The notes: generated by a model from the sequence alone, not told the origin. Shown: positions 30,360 through 45,229, counted from the stretch's first letter. The stretch: DNA of 64,000 bases from Amoebidium appalachense (GCA_963693365.1 CAVNZM010000001.1:19600125-19664124), one strand, 5' to 3'. Program-made: numbers and translations.

Positions 30360-30696
30360 TACCCGCCCCACACTAAGCCAAAGCTGCCACCAAAAAAAAA
30401 AAAAAAAAATGCAGCCAATACAGCTCAAACAAGCACGGTCAATCGTGGTAGTACATTTGAAACGGACACAACTCACCTGATAAGCCACCAGATTCAAAAC
30501 CCACGCTAATAATTAAAAACACATGGACCAGTAACAGACAGAGATTAAAACCTTCCAAGCAACCTACCGTCTGGACCCTCTTCAGTCCACTCATGCTCGG
30601 ACCCCTCTGCAAGGGCTGTAACCCACAGTTTGCCCGCTGGCGCTGGTATGCAAGCTGGAGGAACACGTTGAGAGACTGAATGGCTTCCTGGCCATC

Positions 30697-30763
<67 letters not shown>

Positions 30764-30832
30764 CCTGTGTGTCAGTCACACGGTGTGCTTCCAAGGAGGG
30801 TGGCTGCACATGAGGCATGGTAGTGCATGCAT

Positions 30833-30902
<70 letters not shown>

Positions 30903-30967
30903 CTGTGTGTCAGTCACACGGTGTGCTTCCAAGGAGGGTGGCTGCACATGAGGCATGGCAGTGCGCG

Positions 30968-30998
<31 letters not shown>

Positions 30999-31157
30999 TC
31001 ATTCTTTTTTTTTTTTTTTTTTTTTTTTGGGGGGGGGGGGGGGGTTGGATGCATGAGACATCACAAGACATAAACGGGGGGTGGATGGGTGGGTGGGTGG
31101 GTGGCTGGAGGGTGGGCGAGGGGGGAGGGTGTGTGTGTGGGGTGCGGTGCGGTGCGG

Positions 31158-31203
<46 letters not shown>

Positions 31204-33121
31204 GGGTTTCTAGTATGACGTGCATGGTTGGGTATAATATAATGCTTACTCAGAACACCTAGTTCAGATATCTCCAAGCTGAAAAGACCACCTTCCCGGG
31301 TCCTTCAAGCCACTACCTAAAACACCACTGCAGTCTTCATATTGGCCTCCCCGCCTACACGCCCAAATGCACACACCGTGAGCTCCCACACACAAAAACA
31401 CATTCACCCAAACCCATCTACACCACATACACCTCCACCCACCCATACCCTCGTCCTCCCACCCATCGACAAATACATCCACGTCCAGTCTCTACCCACC
31501 CACGCGCACTACTGCCTACAACCACCCACACATAGACCCCACCCCTCCACCTGGTATTGGCCGACTCTGTCCAGCAGCATGACGGCACACTCCCTCACCC
31601 GCCTACTGCCATGCAGCAGACCCACCGCTATGGGATACAGGCCCCCACTACGCTCGGGTAGGTACGACAAGAACTGGAGTGGGGAGTGGGGGAGAGAGGA
31701 GGTAAAGAGAGAGAGAGAGATAGAGAGAGAAAAAGAGAGAGAGAGAGAGAGTGTGTGTGTGTGTGTGTGTGGGTGGGGTGGGTGGTGGTGGTGGTGGTGG
31801 TGGGGGGGGGGGAGTAGAATGTGTCACAAGAGTACTAAGTACACAAGAGAGACAAATTGTGCGGATTTTGCACAGCACACAAAGATTATGCATCACAAGC
31901 AGAGACCATCCTCAGTGGAATCTCAAGTCATCCACCCGGGGGGGGGGGGGGGGGGGGGGGAAGGGGGGGAGTGAGGGGGGGGAGTTGCGAAGTGAAAAAA
32001 CCTAGGCATGCAGGTACCAAAACACAGAGAGCCGATACTGTTGAATAATACCGGCACATCTGAGAACAGCCTTGAATACACCTGCGGGCTGTTGTGGACA
32101 GAAATCATACCGCGGACCAAATTGTTCTGAAGTAAAGAAACCAAAAAATGAGTTGGGATAGACAACAGCTACGATCGACACTGCTACTTGGAGAACTTGA
32201 GGCGCCAACGAGCAGGCCCCCCCCCCCCCCCTCGAAAAAAACAAAAAACAAAAAAAAACCACGCACCCACCTCGTTGACTCTTTCCTCGCTTGCCCCCTC
32301 TGGCACGGCCACAGTCACCAGTGACTCATATAGTCGTTCACATTGCCCCCCGTTGCCTGGCTTGCCCACTGTGTGCACAGGTGGTGGTATCACGTGTTTA
32401 ATGTCTGTGTGGTAGACCCGGTTGTTTTTCGACATTTCGTGTAACTCCTTCTCCCCCCCCCCCCCCCCCCCTCCTCCCCTTTGTAACAAGTAAACCAATA
32501 GTCAAAAAAAGGTGCTAACAAACTCTCCCCCCTCCCCCCCCCCCCCCCGACACACACACAGACACCCTGCCAACCCACCCCTCAATTGCTACATACATAA
32601 GACACAGACACAGACAAAGACACAGACACACAGACACACACAAACACACCGCAATCCTCCATTTCCCTTTCCTTCATTCTTGCCCTTCTTAATTCCTTTA
32701 CGTTCTTTGCACCGGGGGCGTGTGTGTGTGTGTGGGGGGGGGGGGAAAGGCGGGGCAGCCAACCCATGCGCAGGGTATTGATGTGTGCCTCCACATCCAG
32801 ATTCTGGATCAACCGTTGCACTTGCTGCTCACGGCGGGCCTGGGGTGTGTGGGATAAGGTGGGTCCATGTAAAATGCACAGTACATAGCGTGTACAGAGG
32901 ACTAAACAAGCACGCATACACCAAAACATACACTCTAATGGCGCATACACCACCTTCTAGCTGAAGTCCACCTCAACGGAACTGTAAACTAGCAGATGGT
33001 GCCAGCACTCATGACACACATGGATGGATCCTGCTCTCCATTCCCCTCCAACCCCAGTGCCACATCACCCCTCACCCCGGGCAAGCACACACACACACAC
33101 ATACGCTCACACATCAGCGCC

Positions 33122-33216
<95 letters not shown>

Positions 33217-33293
33217 ACGCACACACACACGCACACACACACACACACATACGTGCACACACACGCGCGCACACACACACACAGACATGCGAC

Positions 33294-33334
<41 letters not shown>

Positions 33335-35461
33335 GAGGCAGACACACACACTCACCATCACGTAGCGCCGATATGAACCCGTCTGCAGCCATGCCGCCAT
33401 CCGCACAGCATTGGCCTCCTGCCCACCCCATTGCTCAGTTACCTGGCATACGGGTTACACTAGGTCCCACCTAACATTCAATCCTGAATGGCCGATAACG
33501 CTTGAATTTGAATATACCCCTGTAGGCACGAACTGACAGAACTGGGGACTTCATACGTGCTTGACAGACTAAGCAACCCTATTACCCCAAACTTCCTTAG
33601 TGAATCTCTTGCCCGTCTTTCTTTCTTGCCTAAACCCGCCTTACACCCTTTCCACAACAACTGTGCTGGTAAAAACCACACGTGCTGAAGCATGACCACA
33701 AGCTAATATGGTACGGCATTCAGGATCGCCCAGCTTTCCTTTTCAGCCCAACAGCCGTCTGTGGCAGAGTTTATGAACTTCTATAAGGATCTCTAACTTG
33801 CCTGATCCACCATGCAGGACGGACGCCGGGGGGGGGAAGGGGGGGGGGGGGGGAGGGGGGGGGAGGGGGGAGGGAGGGGCACCAACCTCTTCCCTCTTCT
33901 TTGTTTGGTCATCTGGGTAGTGTGCACACTTCAAAGCCATGTCCATAATGTGCTGGGGGGTGGACTTATAAGCACAGGACAGGCAAGGTGCACTTGACAA
34001 TGATAGAAAGTGGGGAGGGAAGACATCGGCCTATCAGCTCGTGCGTGTGTGTGTGTGTGTGTGGAGGAGAGGGGGGGAAGGGGGGGGAGGGGGAGTAGGT
34101 AGAAGAGTAATGGATAGTGTAAAAATACACTAATGTGTGAGGTTTGCACACCCTAATCCATGTGGAAAAATTGCTTAAATATGATGGCACAAATATCAAC
34201 TGAGAAACAGGCGTCTTATCCACACATTTAAAGTTGCTTAAGGGATAAACGTCAAGCCCATAATGCCCATACTCACGGATCATACGCAACCACATGCACA
34301 ACACACTCTTCCCCATGTACATGTACACAAACACACTCCATCCCCCACCCTCCCATGGCCAAACACCCACCTGTGTGTATTCCATAAATAGTAGCCTGAT
34401 GCCTGCGTCGCCATATCTGTCCTCTATCCGGTCGAGCACCTACCAAAAATGGCAGGTCAGTAGCCAGCCATATAATTGGGTATATTGTTAGTCGACGTGT
34501 ATGCATGCTGGCCATATATGGATGTTAAAACGACATGTGCATGCTAGCCTTACATGTGTGTAGTATTTACCAACATATATGCATGCTCGACATACATGGT
34601 TATGTGGTGAAGGACATATATTCGTGCTAGCCATGTCTGGCTATCCACAGCCCGGGGCTATGATATAAACCGTCATGCAGGCCCAGATGCTTGCCATTTC
34701 TGAGCACGTACGTGCCACGTTCTTGGGCGTTTACCATATCATGCGCACCCAGCTACCTCGTACTGACACCACCCCGCGGTATTTGGAGCACCGACCAAGA
34801 ATGAGCACACACATACCATATATGTGCATTCACCTTCCATATATGGGCACCCACCTGCTGCACAAACTCGCTATCCAGGGCACTGTAGCCAGCATCGGCA
34901 CCCTGCCTGCGAGGGTGCACAAGCACACCCCCTGCAGCCACACACCAAGGCAAATGGTGAGCAAACAGGCACACACCATGTCCCCCCCCCCCCCCCCCCC
35001 CCCCCAACCAACCAACCAACCACCACCACCACACACCCTCTGCCACCCATCCCCCCCCCCCCTCCCCCCCCCCCCCTTCTTCCCTGTGCTTACGCAGACC
35101 TACCCATCCACACGCTCACAGGTTGATTATTAAACATGAAACCTTTGACTTAACGTTGGAAAGCCGGGGGAGGAAAAGAAGAGACTAGAAGGCAAGACAC
35201 GGCGGCGGCGGCGGGGGGGAGGGGGGGGGGGGGGGTAGGGCGGCTGGAGAGCAGGAGCCATGCATGCCACATGCATACTGGTGGTATTTCTTCTTCTTCC
35301 AGAGCTATTTCTAGATTGACTTCATCTTTTGGGGCTCTGTTTGCCATTTCTGCAAAAGACGGCATGGTGGTGAGTGAAGAGGAGCTGAGGGTCATGTGTG
35401 CTGATGTCATTTGTGGGTGACTGAATGGGTGGGTAGGTGGGCGGAGAGAATTTTATCTGGG

Positions 35462-35496
<35 letters not shown>

Positions 35497-35913
35497 CGGT
35501 ATACCGGTATCCAAGTTGCAGACCAAGTCCCACCATGCCTCGTTCTGCACTACCACGGGACTGGTGGCGCCAACAATGTAGCCCGTGCATCCCCTGTATG
35601 CACGTGTGTTAGTAGTCACCAACAGATATACAGCCACACGGACGAAAGCAGGCACACACAACGTGCAGCAACCTCGCCCACACACAAACAGCAGCAAATT
35701 TCCTTACCACCGATTTCCTCTCTAGGCCATGTGCCCGGACAGGAAGAGAAACTGCACACCAGCCGTACAGCCCTTTCTATTACAATCGCTTGTTATCATC
35801 ACTCACGTATATGCCCTACACTATGAAGTAGGTCCTGACATTCGTCACATCAAATATATAAGGTACGTCTCCTTGTTTATATTCATTCTTGTGTTCTTTT
35901 TTTCTCTTTCTCC

Positions 35914-35949
<36 letters not shown>

Positions 35950-37284
35950 CCTTTTTTTGCCACTGCTATTTTATTATTCTATATTATAATGATTATTATT
36001 ATTAGTTTTATTATTGTTTTTTTTTTTTTTCTTTTTCGTCTTCTCTCTCTCTCTCTCTCTCTTTTTTTTTGGGGGGGGGGGGGGGGGGGGGGGGGAAGGC
36101 AACCTGTCGATGAAGTGAAGGGCAGTGAGAGGAGCAGTGGGGAAGGCATTGCACACGACCCCAGTAAGAGGGGGACACACCAGCTGCACAGATGCAAACA
36201 CGGCCTCGGCTATCTGTGCCAAATATGGAAGGTCACTGGCCATATATGGTAAGTCTGGAGACAAATATGGCACATCTCTGGCTATCTATGAGAAGGTAGC
36301 TCATAATGGTAACAACTTAACGGCTCTTGTCTCTACACAACAAAAGATTGTATCTGTGGAAGACACCCAAATACAAGGCCCGTCCGTGCATTGGCCCATA
36401 CACTTGAGTTTTGAAACTCGTGGTAAATCATCATCACCCTATGAGGTGGAGAATCTTTTGGCAACACGTCCAGCAAAAAATCTCACCACACAACAACACT
36501 GGTGTGTGTTTGCATGCAAATCATCGCACATAGCCACACAGAGCAGACTAGAAAATCCACGAGCATATACCTCGAGCAGGGCGGAGTTCTGGCCCAGGAA
36601 GACGACCCGCCACTCGAGCAGCACAGCATTGTAGATGCGCATCACATCCCCCCCAAACTTGCGCACTAGCTTCTTGACTGACGCCTAGGCCCCACAGCAA
36701 CCCTCAGTGCTGGCGATTACAATGACATCTACTCCCCCTCCCCCCCCCCCCCCCCCTCCGCCAACCACCGCCGCCGCCGCCCATGAACACCCACAATCAC
36801 ACACACACACACACAACCACACACGACACACACGCACATGCACGCACACACGGACACAAGCACCAAAGCTCAGAAACTGCCAAAAGGGGAGGGGCGGAAC
36901 GAGGGGGCGGGGCGGGGGGATGGTGGGGCAAAATCGGTTTACGAGATGTGAACAGAATGAATGTTAAAAAAGGAGGCATCAGGGAAATAATTGGACGGTA
37001 CGGAAGCAAGGGAGGGAGGGAGGGGAGGGGGACTCCATACATCTCCGATCTCGTCAGGCAGGGTGACTGTACAGAGGCGGACGGGGATGGGCAGTGCTCG
37101 GTACTTGACTGCCGTCTGGTACATGTGCTTGCTGGGGTCGGGCTGTCGGTCACGTAGCCGCATCTTGGCTGCATGGCTGAGTCGGGTGTACCCGCCTGGG
37201 TGTTTGTGTCAGTTAGTGCACGCATGCACGCTCGGGTGCTAGTGTATGCGTTCCTGCATGTGTGTATGTGGAGAGGGGGGCCGT

Positions 37285-37315
<31 letters not shown>

Positions 37316-38354
37316 GGGGAGGGGGGGAGGGAGGGTTGCAATATCTCTCTTTGTGTGTGTGTGTGTCTGTGTGTGTGCGTGTGTGTATTCGTGTGCGGAA
37401 AAGGGAATAGCAGGGATTGTGGGAATCCGTTTGGGATTCATGTATATGAATGTAGTGAATTTAGTGTGTGAGTGTGTAAAACCCCAGTTGGTCTCTCTCT
37501 CTCTCACTCCGAGGCTCACTCTTTCCCGCTCTTCACACACACACACACTCTCTCAGTCTCTCTTTTCCCCGTCAACCGCCTCCCTCTCTCTCTCTCCCCC
37601 CCCCCCCCCCCCCCCCCCCCGCGTTTCTCTCCATGGTGTGATTCAGGAGCATTTTGCAGGCGCATGCGTAGAGGGGAAAGAAGGTAAATGGGCCATGTAT
37701 TGTGCTAAGTGTATAAAATGCATTAGTCCTTATTACAGAAAAGAGAGCAACAAAGAGAAAGCATGCATTGGAGGAAGAGGAGTGGGTGGATAGGGGGGAG
37801 GGGGGAGGGGGGGCACACATGAGGCCATGTGAGGCATCCAAAAAACGCACGTGCGCAGTGCGGGGGAGAGGGGGGGGGGGGGATATTGCTTGTCTGAGGT
37901 GCGCAGTGAATTCCCTTAAGTTTAATCTGTCTATTTGTGCAGGTAGCGAATCTACCCCTCATGGGCTCTCAAAAATCTGCCGGGGGGATAGTGACTGGGG
38001 GATACACACTCATGTCCATGGCGTTGACGGCATCATATATGTCCTTGGCCACGGCAACATTGCCATCTTTGAGGTATGTGTCCACCGCCATAATCAGCAG
38101 GGGCTGCAAACAGGTAAGTGGATTTAGTTATGAGCACTAGAGCATGGCTGGTTCATGCAGGGCAGGGGTGTGAGAAATGGTAATGTCTTTCACATACGAA
38201 ATGAAAAGGGGGGAAAGGGGCAGGGGGGGGGGGGGGGGGGAGGCACGCATGGCACGCATGTATGAGACGGTTGGTTTTATGCAAGTGGCCACATCCAAAA
38301 ACAAAAACCAATAAAATAAAAAGGTGGGGAAAAAGTGCAGGCAAAAGCCACCGG

Positions 38355-38391
<37 letters not shown>

Positions 38392-38642
38392 GACAGAGAT
38401 ACAACTCCCGTTGGCTGTAATACCACGGTTTAGCAAGAAAAGCCACGAACACCCGTTAACACAGCTCAGGATACCGATGGGAAATAGCAACCCATTCCAT
38501 ACGTTGCATGTGAGAACCACATTCCTCCCACACATACAACCTTTTCATATCACCCCCTCCCTCCTCCCCCCCCCCCCCCCCCCCCCCCCCCATAACACAC
38601 GTACACACGCACACACACGCACACACACACACACACGCACAC

Positions 38643-38684
<42 letters not shown>

Positions 38685-40098
38685 CCACCACTACACCCCC
38701 TTGTATACCTTGAACACGTGGATGTGTGGCTCGGATGTAGCTATGGCCAACCCCACCCTCCTGCCGTTAGCACTGGGGGGGGCCACCACCCTCCCCAGCA
38801 CACAAAGCATGTCCTCACGTCGCCCACGCACCCCTGAATGAGTGTGATTTGATAAGGGAGAAGACGGAGAAAATTTGCCGAATACTCACAGTGAAGCAGT
38901 GATGGGATCTCAGCAACTGATGTGGCAAGTTGGGTATCCATATGTGGGTATGTATGTGCATGTATGTGAGTATGTGTGTGGGTATGTATGTGTATGTATG
39001 TGAGTATGTGTGTGGGTATGTATGTGCATGTATGTGAGTACGTGTGTAGATATGTATGTGTATGTATGTGAGTATGTGAGTGGTATGTATGTGTATGTAT
39101 GTGAGTACGTGTGTAGATATCTATGTGTATGTATGTGAGTATGTGAGTGGTATGTATGTCATGGCAATGTGGCTATGTATGTGGGTATATAGTGGGTGTG
39201 CATTTAAAGTCCATGTCCTTGCTGTCTGCAATAATCAACAGGTTTTACAAAGCAGACAAAATAAACAGCCAGGGTTTCTTGGGCCCACACAACCAATCGT
39301 ACAAGGGAAGTGGTGTAGTGAGGTGTAGGGCAGACCTACTGCCGGTGCTGTCTATTCGGTCGTTGAGCCGTGCACTCTGCTCCTGGAACAGCCTCTCTGC
39401 ATCCACACTCTCAAACATGAACCCTGCACACATAGGTCAGTCAGTGAATCGTATTTGCTTAGTCTCATATTTCAATCTGAGTGGATGGGAAAGTTCAACA
39501 GCTCATTGGGGCGGGACCGGATGAAAGGGGGTAGGGCAGGAAGAATCGTTACATATACGCCACCACCATATGCATTCACATATGCATGATTCAACAAGGA
39601 GGGAGCGCCCAGGGGGTAGGGGTGGGGTTTGGGGGGGGGGGGGGGGGGGGGGGGGAGGGGGGGGAGGAGACACCCACCATAAGCATTGCTGCCCACAATG
39701 GCACACCAAAACAGGTCTCTGGGGTTGCCGTAGCGGATTGGACCCCCCTCAGGCAAACTGCAGCAGTGCAAGCAGGGAGTCATAGGTGTCCTTCCCTTGC
39801 AACTGACCCTTCCTTCCTAATACACGAACACACTGAAAACAAGACGGCAGGGGAGAAAAAAAAAAGAGGGATGCCATTCTTGCCAACCCCAGCCAGGTCC
39901 ATTCACATGTGTAGAACACAAAACCAAGCCAAAGTGAAGTAACAAAGTGTCCAATGTGGAGCTGCCTTCCCCCACACGTGCAACCACACAGACACAGAGC
40001 CCAACCAGCCCCTACTCCCCTCCCAGCCCAGCCACCAGCCCGCTAGCGCTGCCCAACACATCCAGAAGCGCGCGTGGGCACACACACACACAAACACA

Positions 40099-40129
<31 letters not shown>

Positions 40130-40632
40130 GCACACACACACAAACACACACACACGCCTAGGCATATCCATCCGAACTTGCCCCCCCCCCCCCCCCCCCT
40201 CCCCCCCCTGCCGCCCAGCTCCCCCCTCCCCCCCCCCCCCCCCAACCCACACACACACGTACATGGTAAGCACCACGTCGTCCCCGTGGAGCACCAGCAG
40301 GCCCTCCTCCACAAACCGTAGTGTCATGTACGTGCCTTCCTCCTCCTCACCGTACGGCACCCACCCTGCACCACATTGTCAATTACCCTTGCCCTTGCCC
40401 CCCTCCCCCCCACCCGCCCCGCCTTCAACTCACCCTTTTCGCTAGTTCATGTGTGAGAGAAAAGAGCGTAGAAAATAAAAAGGAAGCAACAAATAGGACA
40501 GCGTGTGATGGGATGGGTATACCACAAACATTATAGGGCACAATTCAAACCGAATCAAACGAGCAGGTCTCATATGCTTCACAGCCACACCCACGTATTT
40601 TCAATACACACCCTCTTCCATTTCATAGCCCC

Positions 40633-40674
<42 letters not shown>

Positions 40675-41452
40675 CCTCCCCCCTCCTACCTACCTACCAC
40701 CCACCCACCACCATCGAAATGGCACTCAAAAGGAATAAAATAACGCAAAGAATAGTCTAGGTTACCAGGTTGCACTCACCATGTTTTAGCATCAGAAAAT
40801 CCCTGCTCATGCCATTACTCCTTTTTTCTTTCCCATCAGTGTTTTTCTCGTGGTGTGGTAAAATATGGTAACATAAACACTATTGCACGGGAGTGCAAAA
40901 GTCACCCACCCACTCCACCCCCCCCCCCCCCCCCCCCACCCACCCACCCACCCACCCACCCACCCACCCCCACCCACCCACCCACCCACCCACCCACACC
41001 CACCTACCCACCCACCCACCCACCCACACCCACCTACCCACCCACCCACCCACCACCCACCCACCCACCCACCCCACACACACACCTACCCACCCACCTA
41101 CCCACCCACCCACCCACCCACCCACCTACCCACCCACCCACCCACCACCCACCCACCCACCCACCCACCCACACCCACCTACCCACCCACCCACCCACCC
41201 ACCCACCACCCACCCACCCACCCACACACACACACACACCTCCTGTTGCATTGTTGAAGGTGTAAACCAGTGCATCCAGATCTGCCCTGGATCCACCCAC
41301 GTGTGAGTAGGAAGCTACGGCCTTATAGGCAATGTCCTTGAGTGAACATCCAGCATGCAACTGCAGCAATACCTCGAACGGTTATAGCACATGTGCACAA
41401 TTTAGCCTGCATGTAATCTTGTTAATCTGATTATCTAAAATGGGCACAGAAC

Positions 41453-41487
<35 letters not shown>

Positions 41488-42239
41488 CCCTCCCCAAGAA
41501 AAAAAAAAAAAAAAAAAAAAAAAACTAGCCTCCTCCTCTCCCCACTTGTCCCTCCTGGGTCACTTAAACCTCCCCCTCCCCCTCTTCCCCCCTCCCCCCC
41601 CCCCCTCCCTATCCCTCCCCCTCCGTCATCCACCCACCCACCCACCCACCCACCCACCCACCCACCCACCCGCCCGCCCGCCCACCCATCCACCCACACA
41701 CCCACCCACACACACACACACGCCGCGCGAACCTCAACCATACAAATGGCCAACTCAGACACTCATTCAAACCACCTCCTTTCATCCCAGTTGCCTAACC
41801 AATCACCCAAACATCAGTGTTACACTTAGATTCCACATGCTCGTTACACATACACACCCTGACACATACAGCCAAACACCCACCCCTCGGTGGTGCCCAC
41901 TCTTGACATTCGAAACATGTCTGCAGGTACCTGTTGGTTGTATGTTTGTTTAGAGGGAACGACCAACAACATGAACACAGGACGGGTGGGCGGGGGGGGG
42001 GGGAGGGGGGTGATAGTCTTATATAAGCCATATACCTGATGTTTAGCGTAGGCTGGGTTGAATGACTACGCAAATAAACGACTGTCGTCCATATGAAAGA
42101 TACATCATGGAATAGGATGATGTTTGGTTATTGCCCACGGCACACAAAAAGCAAAGCATCATATGCGCATATCTGGTGACCCCAGATATCACCAACCTTT
42201 ATAAGTGCCTGTGTGGGAGACTAAAATGGGGATGATGAA

Positions 42240-42270
<31 letters not shown>

Positions 42271-43456
42271 TGATGATGGTAAACCCGTGAACAGGCATGG
42301 TGTCCGATATATTTAGTGCATGAGCATGCCCTATTCTAATCCACAATTAGATTATGTCTCTCATAATGAGCTTATATCTCTCTTAATGACTGTCCTATTT
42401 GCTTCCTCACAACCTCTCAGATTGTCACTCTTTCACCTCCCTCCTTCCCCCCCCCTCCCCCCTTCTTCCAGGAAAAAAAAAAAGATGGGGGGGGGGGGGG
42501 AGGGGGAGGGAGAATAAAGAGAAACAAACAAAAAAAAGCCCATCTACATTAGTACCAACACCACCACCACCATCACCTACCCTTCAAGAGGGCCCCTCCC
42601 CCTCCCGCCTCCCCCCCACCCCCCCTCACACAACCACCACCGCCGGTCCACCTCTTTCTTCATGTCAACCCTCCCATTATCCCATGCATTAAGTTCGGAG
42701 GGTGGAGGATATCCATATTACGTAAGTGGTATGCGTGTTGGTTACTAGCACCCGGAGCAACCCTGCACATACCATGTTGACCTGGTTGAGAAAAAACACC
42801 ACCCAGTCATCCAGCCTTCTTTGGCTGGTCTCCGGTATCAGCAGCTCAGACAGCAGCCTGCCAGTTCACGATTAGTTTCCCAGCCCCCCCCCCCCCCCCT
42901 CCCCACACACACACACGCGCGCGTGCGCACACACATACAATACCCCATCCCTTAATCCCCCACCGCCCCTTTTTCCCTCCACAAAGAACATAGAAGATCC
43001 AAAAATGATGATAATACATTCCTAGTAAGTTTTGGAATGAATAAGAGCCCTTGGTGAGAGTTGGGGGGTCGTGTTGGGTTGGCGGGGTGATGGAATGAGG
43101 AACGTTGGGGAAGGGGTGAGGGAAGTGAAGGATGGGGGGACTTAGCGGCACAGTGGATGTTACGTAACTTGATTTGTAAATGAGCCTCAGGGAGGGGGAG
43201 GGAGGGGCGCGGGGGGAGGGGGGGAGAAGAGGGGGTGAGCGGGGTGTGTGTGTGGGCGAGGGGGGGGGAAAGGAGGGCAGGAAGGGGGTACTCACACGGG
43301 ATCCACACCGGAGGGATGAGGCCACTCCTCCCTCAGCACGTGGCCTGCTTCTGTGTCATATTCGCTGACAAACACGTACGCGGCAGTGCCCCCCAGCACG
43401 GGCCCAGATCCGCCGCCACCTTGGGGAGAGGGGCCAGGTGCGAGAACGGAAGGCAT
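30009..43456 (-). CDS. Afi1/MesA-family (Afi1 N-terminal + SPA, DENN-related) protein with inserted EVH1/WH1-like domain
   Basis: ATG at 43456. Exon 43296-43456 encodes [21 protein letters not shown] and 42773-42857 encodes [23 protein letters not shown] (Afi1 N-terminus). Then [24 protein letters not shown]...IYDAVNAMD (38.0-38.8 kb), [62 protein letters not shown] (35.5 kb, SPA motif), [15 protein letters not shown], and [28 protein letters not shown]...[12 protein letters not shown]. The stop is probably in mini-exon 30009-30020 (alternative: 30439). Confidence 0.85.
30700..30972. repeat. Tandem duplication, ~138-bp unit including a (GT)n tract
   Basis: gtcagtcacacggtgtgcttccaaggagggtggctgcacatgaggcatgg occurs twice, each copy preceded by (GT)n. 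Confidence 0.9.
38940..39160. repeat. Degenerate (GTAT/GT)-derived minisatellite, ~28-34 bp unit
   Basis: Repeats of gtatgtatgtg.atgtatgtgagta.gtg. Confidence 0.8.
40920..41238. repeat. (CCCA)n / (TGGG)n tract directly after a donor site of the Afi1-like gene
   Basis: About 300 bp of CCCA repeats, read as UGGG on the sense strand. Confidence 0.9.
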
Positions 43457-44210
43457 CTTGCACACCACACCTGCCGGTTTCTAACAAACCAAAAGAAAGA
43501 AACACCGAGACGGGGTTTTCTATAACCAGCTAAATGGTTATTAGAGCAGGCCGCCTCGCACCTAATCTGGCACCACACGTAACTTAGATCTAAGCCCCCT
43601 GTTTCCGAATAGTGTTTGAGAAAAATAGCTACCAAGAAGGCCTTGGTCTGTGGTGTCCTGCTCAACACCATAAACACTTGTCTTCTACGTTAGTACTATA
43701 GCATATACCTGAAATTTGAAATACAGACACGTAGCGCCTCTGCATGGAAGGAGTGCGAGCATAACATGGGAACATTGGGGACATGGCTTCTTGAGGTCTC
43801 AGACATGTTTCACGGTTCAGCAGCCAAACCTTTGGAAGGCTTGGCATTGGCTTGAAACGCACCACCCGAATTGTGCAAATGTGGGGTTTAATGCGACTTT
43901 GTAATAGTAAAATTAGGGGTTTTACAAAAGTAAATTTTCGGCGCCAACCGCCTCAAATTCCGAAGCCTGTGTAACGGTCACACATCCGCTTCAAGCCAGA
44001 CAGCAACAGAAGACCCAGTGTTAAACAGAAGCCTACATAGAGAACCAGGAGTGCCCATTATACTCGAGAACAGGGCTGACTGTGACTAGGCTTTAAAGCC
44101 ACAACGCAAGGTGAATTCCCCTCCTTTTCTGTGGTTTTATGCAGAAGTAACGTTCCATCAACAGCAAACAATTATGTTTGTCCTTGGCTAAGGCTTTTTC
44201 CTGTTGCAGG

Positions 44211-45154
44211 ATGGAAATTGACAAGGTCGCCCACATACTGGGCAAGTCGCTGCCCAAAGTCGACGAAATGGTTCGCGGCGTGACGGATTCTGTAGCCGAA
44301 TTCCTTGGCAGCGTCCAGAGCAATTATGTGCCAAAGGCCCAGACCTTTGTTTCGGGTATGTTGTCGTTGTGGGTGGTGAGGGGGATAAGGGCACTATTTG
44401 GGTCAACGTAACAGGTGTGGGAGCATTAGGAGGGGAAAGGAGGTGGTGGGTCTTACAATCGAAGGGTAGATAGAGGATAAAGCTATGATTGTAGGCGAGA
44501 ACGAAGGCTACAGTAGCTTGCGGCAGTTTGGTCAAAAATCTGGTTCGAAAGAAAGGACAGTTGGAAGCACAAAATTGTGGTAGCTGACAACGAGTACAGA
44601 AAACAGTGGTGTGCTCGTTGCGCTGGGCTGCACGGCCGTTACCCTCTACTGGGCACTGTTTTTGATGGAGCCCAAGCGGGCGGACAGGACCGCCCCGACC
44701 CCAGCCAAACCAAGGTGGGTTCAAAGGGTGGCCTGATAGCATCAGCCGTCGATACGTGCAACCCATAGCATATGCCTGTCCTTCTGCTTGCTCCTGTGGT
44801 GCTCTTCAGTGTGCAATAGGGGACTGTCACATGTGATCTATTTCGTTTAAACAGGCACTTACGTGTGACTGCAGTGTGCCTGCCCGTGCAGCCACCCCTC
44901 AGAGGGAGGAACCTAGCCGGGAGAGCACTCCCAGGAGCACAAGGGCGTCGTCCCGGGCCCGTTCTGTCAGTGTGGAGCCCTCCTCGCGCCCGCCTGCTCC
45001 TGCTAACCCGGGTAGGTGCCTGCCTCTGGGCTTGTCCCTTGAGAGTATTTCGTTAGTTTTACTCGGTAATCCGATGTTGATGACCCTCTCGGCAATAATG
45101 CCACGCTCTCGGCAATAATGCCTTCTGTGTCTCCAAACCTGTAGTCTTGTAGAG

Positions 45155-45229
<75 letters not shown>

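Noticed and set aside
40920-41238. Telomere-like (TGGG)n tract
   Set aside because: It is internal, directly after a splice donor, and fits the general G/GT-rich 5'-intron pattern.
44494-44583. In-frame TAG suggesting stop-codon reassignment
   Set aside because: The TAG is better explained as the splice acceptor, and TAG terminates the POLR2M-like gene normally.
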